From a virus: a stretch of 64,000 bases of DNA. The notes beneath the pieces were generated by a model. That model did no database searches, was not told the DNA's origin, and saw nothing but the letters and a program-made list of their open reading frames with translations. Positions 29,901 through 36,868 of this stretch are shown in pieces. Each line of letters opens with the position of its first letter. The stretch's first letter is position 1. The DNA is taken from positions 44,019 to 108,018 of the IMG/VR virus record IMGVR_UViG_3300019776_000564. The stretch is one strand, 5' to 3'. Made by a program: the position numbers and the translations under genes.

Positions 29901-30027
29901 CGACTTCCCTAAACCATTGTTCTCTAAGACAGGTATCACCTACCGAATCGCAGCGAGAGTGATGGACAAAGGAGGTAACTTTAGCCCTAACTCTGCGATG
30001 ACCTCGATCGTAGTAGCCGCTCTGTAA
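23926..30027 (+). CDS. tail tip / host-specificity protein J with N-terminal Hint domain and expanded FN3 array
   Basis: gpJ core (EDPDSLQS, GEGEIGGL, YSGIWDGSFK, SNPAW); Hint domain aa 17-147; repeated FN3-like units. Confidence 0.92.
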   Translation: MSEELSTIAGAGGGGGCFRKGTQVQLENGKTIAIELLKVGDEVLAFDEQGKIHVSKVTKVHFHEKPEPILRVKFWKGETHITPNHWVLNQYDAFAEISRLTYHDALVDGMGHLRPITLAEYVGNEPVWNLTVEPHHTFIADGIRVHNGGHRDRFPTVAGAGGGGGGKSEGRQAIEDPDSLQSKALISIVDVIGEGEIGGLEDSAKSILLNGTPLMNANGTMNFKNVSWTFRNGTQNQLPMKNYVDAATPRSIGVQVKYGAPSVFSVTNPDVDEVNVVVTMPSLFKQDKSTGDIHGTSVQYQFAVKADNGAFVNYGPPVTVTGKTSGKYQRATKIVLPKPAGRWDIRMTRITPDAPDSSIANVTHLDSIVEVVKSRLNYPNTAIVGLTIDSSQFSQVPTRSYKIKGIKIKVPSNYDPVTRVYSGIWDGSFKNAVSSNPAWIMYDLLTSKRYGLGEYISQNQVSKASLYSIGRYCDEMVPGEDGVDEPRFQINTQIQSQQEAYKLLSDISSAFRGMSYWSGGVVGFTQDCPQDPSMVFSPSNVIDGLFNYVGASRKDRHSVVMVTWNDPKQDYKQAVEYVESPELISQLGVRSVETVAFGCTSRTQARRVGLWILYTERYESSVVNFSVGPEASMLMPGEVAQINDPSKAGRRMAGRLASCTLNSATLDSEVEIKDAEANISIRMPDGSFEDRTVLEGPGKYTSLTWTSPLPSEPVANAIFIVSEANLKPLLVRIVSVAENYGEGKGTYSITAIEHNPGKYAEIERDAPHEIRYVSDMQLVPEPPTGLVTVDSIFKSGASILSRLSVSWDSDDKSIASWTVRIRSQNDSNWEARDNITIPSVDFDNVTDGESYIVEVYSVNPLGNRSSTPAVTTHTVLGKKLPPSDVTGFESRAAGNRMLFTWDNAKDVDLKEYEVRRDDIGWGDEDPAVLVYRGAANSFSVEETDGAATDSTLYIKAVDTSGNFSENASLVNVTFVRPTTPVIRLKISDTSTVSATASLEWNPSTSDFAVSQYEVTVSKPGVASEVFTQSNTSFQLDMDFVGSATISVVAVDAHGKRSNSGFKTVESLMPAAPTSFQFLPAEVGTLKLVWAEANRTTLAVAGYEVRDVDANWGAFGAIHKGSVPMCTLNNISVGDNTFYVRSFDTEGRYSSSMVATYTYTGPSMVGVIGHSVSDSAVTSASVRFSWFEATSPFGVDRYVATLTKPDVIEPVVYTTRSNEWVTNIDWIGDATIEIAAYDNAGNITSAPITKVVSRARPNPITAVDTNLVSYANGKVTLSFEWSDVGLETTLPIAGFEIRKTDSNFGKSGFAYRGASAVAQIAGIPTNADVNYYVRPYDTEGTYSDTSFNIFVGRNIGPEPVTDITSVPYGQLLRIKWKAPLTTGGEVRYELRWNDANWGVDDANRIYYGSNLYADVRLANLGSNKVYIRVLDQFFQWSVTTNHEYIYSIADPVGFTYQFGTATSPQIILKWNAAAPAFGLSEYVLTSDVDSITLKATTKTLPATWDGSRAFTLKVKDNNGNLSNPVTITADIAPPVNSTVMPTYKLSAVKNNLATIVINWTDATKGALPIKGYEVRDTDSGWGTGGAIYDGVQSACTITNVPMNTTSTWYLRAYDVSKNYAATSYVIENDGLTPPSQLTGLYGIAEGTGYRLNWDQATDIDVVEYEVRTSDSNWGLAGQVYRGIQATCLIAKPPVAGTTYYLRAKDAYGQRSIATTLVFTYPTPDPVSDIFFNFVDAAGTMLIDWPTATPDFRLKNYKLSYMEDATLKTVTTAASSVTIKPNWFGDREYKVVVVDTYGVESSATARTVTVAKPGSVTSPAASVVSIKAGNQTIKIDWPDAAKGSFNIAGYEIRTADSGWGTAGYKYKGAASQATLSSVSTTAATTWYLKAYDGLGNYSQTATALTYNPVLPNEVTSVTVKRVKAVLEISSVTTVKPADFSCVQYRIAKVMPGSTSGDDTGIDEGVISTGDFWNDPDCLIYNGTETSDKIRVNISDFPKPLFSKTGITYRIAARVMDKGGNFSPNSAMTSIVVAAL
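23974..24366 (+). other. Hint (intein-like/BIL) autoprocessing domain within gpJ
   Basis: Block A CFRKGTQV, block B TPNH, block F VWNLTVEPHHTF, block G VHN; +1 residue is Gly. Confidence 0.88.
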
Positions 30028-30037
30028 AGTAATCAAC

Positions 30038-30080
30038 CTATTCGCCTAACTCTGATACAGTTAGGCGAATAGTCTTTATT
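30038..30080 (+). terminator. 14-bp stem hairpin, probable terminator/processing site
   Basis: CTATTCGCCTAACT-CTGATAC-AGTTAGGCGAATAG followed by TCTTTATT. Confidence 0.6.
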
Positions 30081-30094
30081 CAAAGGATTAAAAG

Positions 30095-32875
30095 ATGCCA
30101 GCTATTGCTACACCGAGTGTTAAGTCGATCATTCTTACAATCGACCGTCCGTATGAAGCAGACGGTATCACTCTGCGCGATGACCTTATCGGGGTTAAAG
30201 TTTGGTACTCAACAGTCAGCGGGTTTACCCCTCTTGATGCGGGTGGGAACCAGATCGTTGCGCCGGCATATGATGGCCCAAGCCTTAACTGTGTGTTGGC
30301 CGGTCTTACAGCGGGCACCCAATATTACGTTCGCTATGCGCTCGTATCTGAAATCGATCCAACCTATATCAGTCTCTCTGACCAGATCGCATGCACCCCA
30401 TCATCTGAAGTGAGCGGTAAAGATGCTCTCGCTGTCATTCTTACGAATGACTCAAACAACGTCCCCGCAAGCAGCGCAGGCGTCGTTTCTTCTTACATTG
30501 GTACTGGCACTGATATTCTCGTATACGAAGGCTCTACTGCGCTCACAGCGTCTCTGAGTGGTGCTGCGGGAACATTCTCTATCGGTACGCCTACTGTGTC
30601 GCCAGCGGCATCGATTACAGTAGGTGCAAGAACGTACAGCGGCGCAGCAGCCACTGTTGCAGCGCACTCTGCAATGTCGAACTCGGTTGATGTTGTGACA
30701 ATCACCTATCCGGTGGTTATCAAGACGCTTGCCGGTAGCACGGTGACGATCAACAAAACACAAACTGTTACCAAGTCAAAGGTTGGTGCCACTGGTACAA
30801 GCGGTGATAGCGCTATTACAAGCGTCCTGTCGAACGAGAACTTTTCGTTTCCAGCAACATCTGCTGGCGCCGTTTCCAGCTACACAGGTTCTGGTACTGC
30901 GATCTACGTTTATGAGGGTGCAAACCAGCTTGCGTATGATGGTGTTGGCACAGCGAACGGCACCTGGAAGGTTGCTACTGCCGTAAGCAATATCGTGATC
31001 GGTACGCTTACTGACTCTGGAACATATCTAACGGTTGGCGACCACTCCGGTGTAGCAGCGGGTGTAGATACTTCGACCATCACTTACACCATCACAGGTA
31101 AGTCTTCGGCCGGCGTAGCCTTCTCGCTTACAAAGGTGCAGACGTTCAGCAAAGCTAAAGCGGGTTCTGCTGGAGCACAGGGCGCTCAGGGGCCATCCGT
31201 AGTAATCACTGCCTCTGGTGCAAAGCCTCTCGTATTTAACGCAACAGATGGCGTTCTGGATGCAGGGCAGTCTTTCATTCTTTCGGCATCTACAAGCGGA
31301 ATTACCTCCCCTACATATGTCTGGTCATTTGTAGGTCTTGAAGTAAACCCGACCGCATCCACAAATAGCGCGCAGAGCATCAGTGCTGCAAACTTTGGCA
31401 ACTCAAAGTCAGCAACCATCACCTGTACGGTAAGCGGCGTTTATGTTGGTCAAGTGACCATCGCTCGTCTGGAAAAGAGCACCGCTGCTGCTGGTGCAAA
31501 TAACACCAGCATTGATGCTAACGGTGCAATTCAGGGCGTTTCTAGCGGTGCAGGGACGGGCGTAGCAAACACTAAAATCGCCCTAAGTAAAAATGGTGTG
31601 CTTAGCGGAGCAGGCGCATCTGAGCAAGTTAACCTTACCTACATTCCTGGCGCTCTTACTGCCGATCGTCTTATTACTGGTACTCTTTCGGCAGATACTG
31701 AGATTGTGATTGGCGATAATGTGACTGGTATTAAGATCAGTGCGGTTGATCAGTCAATTGTTGTTAGAGGCGCAATCACATACAAGATTTGCATTTTCCT
31801 TAAGGGCGACTTGACTCCAGCGGCATACAAGCCATCTTCGTTTGATGAAACGTCTTCATGGAATACAATGAGCGCCGCCGGATGGACTGATTACCTCAGC
31901 CCTTCTCAAATTGTTAACGGCTACTTCTGGGTCGCTGTCGGTACAGTGACAAGAGCTGGCATGATCGACTGGTTAAATATTGGATTAAATAACGGTAACA
32001 ACAAGTGCTATGTTGATCTTGCAACAGCAACAGCTAACTCGGCATATCACGCTCTTTTCCGCAACAACTCTTCGCCAACCGTTGCACCCGCGACAGGCTC
32101 TTTTGTAAACACCCCAGTTGCCCCTAGTGCTGGTCAATATCAGTGGATTAGGCTCGGCTCATACAGCCCAGGAGGTTATTCGTACAGCAACATAATGGCC
32201 TCAAACGAGAACGACAAGAGAGTTTCTTATAGCCCAATCAGAATTGGCAAAATCAACGATAACTCAGAATACGGCTACGGTATTCAAGGCAAAGATTCTA
32301 TTGGTAATCAAATCTTTAGATTGGATGACCAGGGTCTGTACCTTAAACCAAACCTGCCCTCTTCTCACGCACTAGGTATTAGCTCATTTTGGACAACGGT
32401 AACAGAAGGTAGCGAGTATCAGCTTTTTTACGGTGCCACGTCTGCATCCACTGGCATTACTACCAGCTACTATCAGTTATGCACACTGAACGACGTAGAT
32501 AGCTCGGGAGGTGCGGCAGGAATGGTCTTTCGTCTAGAGGTTATTGGCGAATTTGACAGAGTTACTAACTCCAGCGGTTATAGAACGACCCAGTACAATA
32601 TGTTCAAAACTGCCGAGTTTGTAGTGAGGCCAAGAATTATAAGTGGCGTAACAACCTACTCGATAAACGAGGCGGCTGGGTCGTCGTACACGGATGGCGG
32701 TACTACGCTACCCATTACAAAAGCTGCAATTATTATCGATACAACTGGTAGCTTTACTGGCACACCGGGCGTACTTTTGAGATTGCAGTCGGTCACACAA
32801 TATGATTACTCCAACCCCACATATTCTGATTCCACAATCTGGAGATTCGCAGTGTGGAAATTCGAGGGGGCATAA
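30095..32875 (+). CDS. tail fibre / receptor-binding protein
   Basis: N-terminal FN3-like domain, two Ig-like repeats (L[TS]N[DE]...PA[ST]SAG.VSSY.G.GT.I.VYEG), LTADRLITGTLSA segment, Ser/Thr/Gly-rich. Confidence 0.8.
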   Translation: MPAIATPSVKSIILTIDRPYEADGITLRDDLIGVKVWYSTVSGFTPLDAGGNQIVAPAYDGPSLNCVLAGLTAGTQYYVRYALVSEIDPTYISLSDQIACTPSSEVSGKDALAVILTNDSNNVPASSAGVVSSYIGTGTDILVYEGSTALTASLSGAAGTFSIGTPTVSPAASITVGARTYSGAAATVAAHSAMSNSVDVVTITYPVVIKTLAGSTVTINKTQTVTKSKVGATGTSGDSAITSVLSNENFSFPATSAGAVSSYTGSGTAIYVYEGANQLAYDGVGTANGTWKVATAVSNIVIGTLTDSGTYLTVGDHSGVAAGVDTSTITYTITGKSSAGVAFSLTKVQTFSKAKAGSAGAQGAQGPSVVITASGAKPLVFNATDGVLDAGQSFILSASTSGITSPTYVWSFVGLEVNPTASTNSAQSISAANFGNSKSATITCTVSGVYVGQVTIARLEKSTAAAGANNTSIDANGAIQGVSSGAGTGVANTKIALSKNGVLSGAGASEQVNLTYIPGALTADRLITGTLSADTEIVIGDNVTGIKISAVDQSIVVRGAITYKICIFLKGDLTPAAYKPSSFDETSSWNTMSAAGWTDYLSPSQIVNGYFWVAVGTVTRAGMIDWLNIGLNNGNNKCYVDLATATANSAYHALFRNNSSPTVAPATGSFVNTPVAPSAGQYQWIRLGSYSPGGYSYSNIMASNENDKRVSYSPIRIGKINDNSEYGYGIQGKDSIGNQIFRLDDQGLYLKPNLPSSHALGISSFWTTVTEGSEYQLFYGATSASTGITTSYYQLCTLNDVDSSGGAAGMVFRLEVIGEFDRVTNSSGYRTTQYNMFKTAEFVVRPRIISGVTTYSINEAAGSSYTDGGTTLPITKAAIIIDTTGSFTGTPGVLLRLQSVTQYDYSNPTYSDSTIWRFAVWKFEGA

Positions 32876-32884
32876 GGGATTAAA

Positions 32885-33412
32885 ATGATGAAGCTATTTT
32901 TTAGAGGTAGACCTGAAGCTGAAAATTCAGAGGTTGTATTTTTAGTGGAAGAGTTTCTTCACAGCATTGGTATCGCAACTATCAACTTCTCCGAGAACGG
33001 GAATACGAATGTTGCGGAGTTCGACTACCCTGATCATGAGCCATTCCCCTCTAGCGGTCTTGCGGCGCATGCAAACCTTCTCTCTGTGAATAGAGGTAGC
33101 TCTAGCTCTGTCTCGTTCACAAATGAGGGCTTTAATAGATCAGACTGTATGGGTGTTATTGATGCCTTGATCGAGCAGAAGATCAAAGAGTATGGCTACG
33201 ACAACATCGTTAGCGCCTGCTCCTACTGGAACAGCACTGTACCAAAATTCAACAGAGAGGGGAGAGCGTTTATCAAGTGGAGAGATATGATCTGGCTGAA
33301 GTGCTTTGAGATACTGGAGTCACTTGACAGCGGAATGTCGAACCTGAATATGGAAGAGGCGGTCGCAAGCCTCCCGGTATTTGAAGATATTCTGGCGAGT
33401 ATCGATCAATGA
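32885..33412 (+). CDS. tail fibre assembly-like protein
   Basis: YGYDNIVSACSY..S..PKF..EG....WRD.IW motif typical of genes following tail fibres. Confidence 0.65.
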   Translation: MMKLFFRGRPEAENSEVVFLVEEFLHSIGIATINFSENGNTNVAEFDYPDHEPFPSSGLAAHANLLSVNRGSSSSVSFTNEGFNRSDCMGVIDALIEQKIKEYGYDNIVSACSYWNSTVPKFNREGRAFIKWRDMIWLKCFEILESLDSGMSNLNMEEAVASLPVFEDILASIDQ

Positions 33413-33648
33413 AGCAGACGCTGATTGCATTGGATCAAACGATAAACACTCTTGTATGGGCGGAAGGTGAAGGCTTCGGGATGGCAGATGAAACCATCTC
33501 AGCGAGGGCTTGGCGTCTAAGAGAGAAGAAGAGATGGTCAACTGTAAGGAAAGTGGTGGATAAAATCTTCTTCTGGGAGAAGAACCACTGCCAGGAATCC
33601 TATGATTTTGAAAGAGATCGAAGGCAGTTACCAAAAGACTACCAATAG
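33409..33648 (+). CDS. conserved small phage protein
   Basis: LIALDQ..N...ADETISARAWR...HC motif commonly found next to fibre genes. Confidence 0.7.
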   Translation: MKQTLIALDQTINTLVWAEGEGFGMADETISARAWRLREKKRWSTVRKVVDKIFFWEKNHCQESYDFERDRRQLPKDYQ

Positions 33649-33656
33649 ATAGATTA

Positions 33657-33683
33657 AAAGGCGACCTAATGGTCGCCTTTCTT
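33657..33683 (+). terminator. intrinsic terminator
   Basis: AAAGGCGACC-TAAT-GGTCGCCTTTCTT. Confidence 0.75.
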
Positions 33684-33813
33684 GTATATGAGCCATATTT
33701 TTATGCGGCACATCGCCATCAATTGACTTGGCTGATAGACTATTAGCCAAATTTACTCATCTGTCTGGAATGAAACGTCGAATGAAACTCAAATCATTTA
33801 GAGGTAAGGAATC

Positions 33814-34059
33814 TTGAGCGCATCAACCGACATCACGCTGGAGGGGGTAAGTTTGAAAATCGCCCCTCCAGCAGCAGTAAGTGGAGCTGTCCTAATGGGA
33901 ATGACGCCGGCTCAGTGGATCACAACACTGACAATCATCTACCTTCTGATGTCAATCGGCCTGCTGATCCCTAAATACATGGACAGGATTAAGCAGTTCT
34001 TCAACAAGGATAAGAACAACCGCAGTGATAAGGAGAGCAAGGAAGATGACTCCGACTAA
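33814..34059 (+). CDS. holin (T7 gp17.5-like class II)
   Basis: TTG start with RBS, hydrophobic segments, charged C-tail, upstream of endolysin. Confidence 0.7.
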   Translation: MSASTDITLEGVSLKIAPPAAVSGAVLMGMTPAQWITTLTIIYLLMSIGLLIPKYMDRIKQFFNKDKNNRSDKESKEDDSD

Positions 34060-34540
34060 AAAGATCATAGCTGCCGGCTTCGTGGGTGCAATTACTGCCG
34101 CGGCAGCATTCATTGCACCAGAAGAAGGCATCAGTCTGAAGGCGTATCAAGACTCCGTTAATGTATGGACTATCTGTAGAGGCCATACTGGCCCAGAAGT
34201 AAAGAAAGGAATGGTTCTTGATAAGGCTGCATGTGACGCTCTTTTCAAAACCGACATTTGGAAAGCAATGTCGGTTGTTCTCACCAACACCAATCGAGAA
34301 ATCCCTCAAGGTATGCTGGTCTCCATGACCAGCTTCACCTTTAACGTTGGTGAAGGTAAGTTCAAAAGCTCAACCATGCTGAAGAAAATCAACCGCGGTG
34401 ATCTAGCTGGAGCCTGTAAAGAGCTTCCGCGATGGAAGTACGCAGGCGGCATGGACTGTTCAATTCGTGGCAATAACTGCTACGGTGTATGGGAGCGCCG
34501 GCTTAGAGAGCAAACCCTTTGCGAGGACTCACTGTTATGA
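34046..34540 (+). CDS. SAR endolysin (GH24 lysozyme)
   Basis: Ala/Gly-rich N-terminal SAR segment; E-x8-D-x5-T catalytic triad (EG...YQD.VNVWTIC.GHT); FNVG. Confidence 0.9.
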   Translation: MTPTKKIIAAGFVGAITAAAAFIAPEEGISLKAYQDSVNVWTICRGHTGPEVKKGMVLDKAACDALFKTDIWKAMSVVLTNTNREIPQGMLVSMTSFTFNVGEGKFKSSTMLKKINRGDLAGACKELPRWKYAGGMDCSIRGNNCYGVWERRLREQTLCEDSLL

Positions 34541-34992
34541 TCACCAAGGTAATATCCGTTCTGCTCGCTATCACTCTGGCTGTAGCGGCTTGGCTGTACA
34601 TTGACCGTCAAAAGGTTGAGCTTGATGCTCAAAAGGCGACGATCGAACAGCAGGTTAGCCAGTTAAAAGATAGCGAGAGCGCCCTTAACGCTGAGCGAGA
34701 ATGGTCTAAAAATCGAGAGGACGTTCTGAAAGCTGTGCGAGATATCAGCATGGACGTAGAATCGATGAGGACTACCATAAACAATCAAGAAAGAGCCAAT
34801 CGAAAAGCCTTTCAGGAGCTTCTGAAAAATGACAAAGAAGTCCGCGATTATATTTCTCAGCCTGTTCCTCGCAGTCTCGGGGTGCTCTACGAGCGAACCG
34901 AAACAACAGATCCCGCGAACTACGGGCCAGGTAGAAGCGTGCCCACTGACACCGTGCGTACTGCCGGGTCGACCAGTTCCAGCAACAAATGA
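34537..34992 (+). CDS. i-spanin (Rz-like)
   Basis: N-terminal TM followed by coiled coil; follows endolysin. Confidence 0.8.
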   Translation: MITKVISVLLAITLAVAAWLYIDRQKVELDAQKATIEQQVSQLKDSESALNAEREWSKNREDVLKAVRDISMDVESMRTTINNQERANRKAFQELLKNDKEVRDYISQPVPRSLGVLYERTETTDPANYGPGRSVPTDTVRTAGSTSSSNK

Positions 34993-35095
34993 AGACTGGA
35001 AGAATGCAGTCGATGACCTTGAAAGCAAATTAACCACTTGCTCTATCAAGGTGATTGAGTGTATTCGTATCCAAGGTATCTCGCCAACGAAGTAA
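34829..35095 (+). CDS. o-spanin (Rz1-like lipoprotein)
   Basis: Signal peptide with lipobox VSGC, Pro-rich; overlaps Rz in another frame. Confidence 0.8.
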   Translation: MTKKSAIIFLSLFLAVSGCSTSEPKQQIPRTTGQVEACPLTPCVLPGRPVPATNEDWKNAVDDLESKLTTCSIKVIECIRIQGISPTK

Positions 35096-35105
35096 GGAAC
35101 GCGCC

Positions 35106-35882
35106 ATGTCCGGTAATCAAAGCCGTCAAAATCGTCAACAGCGCCGCGCCGACAAGCGTCGTGAGAATGACAAACGCCAAGGTAAGCAATTTCCTGAACT
35201 TGTACAGAAGCAAAACGAGATCGATGGTGAGCTTGAGCGTCAAGCCAACAAGATTCGATTCGGTCAGCTTGAACCTCGAAACGAATCACAATCCCGCTGC
35301 ATCAACATGCTTGAGAACAGTCGTCTGGCTGTAATCACCGGCCCAGCAGGTACAGGCAAGACGTTTATCTCGGTATCAATGGCGTGTGAAATGCTCGAAT
35401 CCGGCGAGATCGAGCGCATCGTTTTGACCCGACCTATGGTTGGTTGTGACGAAGATATGGGCTTCCTGCCTGGCACCGAGTGGGAGAAATTCAAGGCTTG
35501 GATCGGCCCGGGTCTTGAAGTTCTTGAAGGTAAGCTTGGCGCCAAGAAGGTTGAAAGCTACGTTGCTTACAAGAAGATCGTTGGCGCACCTCTGATGATG
35601 ATGCGTGGCGCAACCTTCCGTAACGCTCTCGTCATCCTTGATGAGGCTCAGAACAGCACCAAAGGCCAGATGCAGATGTTCCTGACTCGTCTTGGCGAAG
35701 GGTCGAAGGTTGTGGTCTGCGGAGACCTTCGTCAAAGCGACCGTGCCGGCGACGATAACGGTCTTGCTGATGTGGTTCAGAGATTCAAAGGTAGCCGAAT
35801 CATGGGTCGATTTGAGTTCGATGAGGACGATATCACCCGCGATCCTTTGGTTCGTGAAATCGTAAAAGGCTACCGGGATTAA
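35106..35882 (+). CDS. phoH: PhoH family ATPase
   Basis: GPAGTGKT, MGFLPG, MRGATF, ILDEAQN, FLTRLG, GDLRQSD; start at ATG 35106. Confidence 0.93.
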   Translation: MSGNQSRQNRQQRRADKRRENDKRQGKQFPELVQKQNEIDGELERQANKIRFGQLEPRNESQSRCINMLENSRLAVITGPAGTGKTFISVSMACEMLESGEIERIVLTRPMVGCDEDMGFLPGTEWEKFKAWIGPGLEVLEGKLGAKKVESYVAYKKIVGAPLMMMRGATFRNALVILDEAQNSTKGQMQMFLTRLGEGSKVVVCGDLRQSDRAGDDNGLADVVQRFKGSRIMGRFEFDEDDITRDPLVREIVKGYRD

Positions 35883-35895
35883 CGTTTAGCCTAAG

Positions 35896-35959
35896 CCTGC
35901 CCTTCCCTTATTAATACTACTGCTTACAAGATAGTAGTTATTAAATAGGGAAGAGCAGG
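35896..35959. repeat. long imperfect AT-rich inverted repeat, copy 2
   Basis: CCTGCCCTTCCCTTATTAATACTACT / AGTAGTTATTAAATAGGGAAGAGCAGG with CTTACAAG in the loop. Confidence 0.75.
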
Positions 35960-36042
35960 ACGCGGACATAGCTCACCTCCTCGTTGCAAAATCTGCATCC
36001 TCACTTCATCATCGCAAGCTCTAATCTACAGAGCGTTTCCAG

Positions 36043-36765
36043 ATGATCACCCATGCCGGTTCCGAATGGTCTTTGCTTGAGTGCGATGCTTTGGCTCTCA
36101 AGTTTATTCCTATCAACCTCCTTCAAGAGGAAGCTGAGTTGAATGAAACCAAATTCTGGGACTATCGGTTCATGCACCCTACTCAGGCTACTCAGCATTA
36201 CGCCGAGTGCTATGCAGCGGCTCTCAAGCGCGCTGTGAGCAGGAGAACCGATCTGTGGGTAGGTCTGATGATGAAGGGCTTGAAGAAGCCGGTCATCTTT
36301 GAGCTTCCTGCGCGCGCAATCACTGGATTCTGGAGAGGCCGTCAGATGGCTGATCGCATCGGCTGCCCTTACGACTTCTATTGTGAGCACGCAATGCAGT
36401 TTGCAGACAAAGCACGCATGACTTTTCTGCCCAGTAGCTCTCAGATGTACACTAGAACAGTCCCTGAGCGTCTTAAGGGGCTTCCGTCGCTTGTCGAATA
36501 CATCGTTGAGCGCTGGGTTGCTAGAACGTCTCATAGCTCATTCTACGCAACGGATGATGCTTATCTGGCTGAGAACTACGTCGAGGGTCAGGAGCAGATC
36601 CGATACCTCAATTACCTGTTCTCCAAGATAAAAGGCTCAAGCTACCCGGAAGGCGTCTTAGCTACCATTCTTGAAAAGGGCCAGGTGTCTCATGAGCAGA
36701 TCCTCTTCGCATTCCCGCAATCCGGCAAAGATCTACTTCGCCGTGCGGTATCTCTTTCCCAATAG
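36043..36765 (+). CDS. hypothetical replication-associated protein
   Basis: First ORF of the replication arm, upstream of the helicase; function inferred only from position. Confidence 0.6.
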   Translation: MITHAGSEWSLLECDALALKFIPINLLQEEAELNETKFWDYRFMHPTQATQHYAECYAAALKRAVSRRTDLWVGLMMKGLKKPVIFELPARAITGFWRGRQMADRIGCPYDFYCEHAMQFADKARMTFLPSSSQMYTRTVPERLKGLPSLVEYIVERWVARTSHSSFYATDDAYLAENYVEGQEQIRYLNYLFSKIKGSSYPEGVLATILEKGQVSHEQILFAFPQSGKDLLRRAVSLSQ

Positions 36766-36868
36766 TTTTTGCCGCTGAAGCAGTGCGTATACTGCAAACG
36801 CAACGCAAACGAACCCTTGCAAGGAATAACCATGCAGATTTACACCAACAATTTTATCGGAGCGCTCT

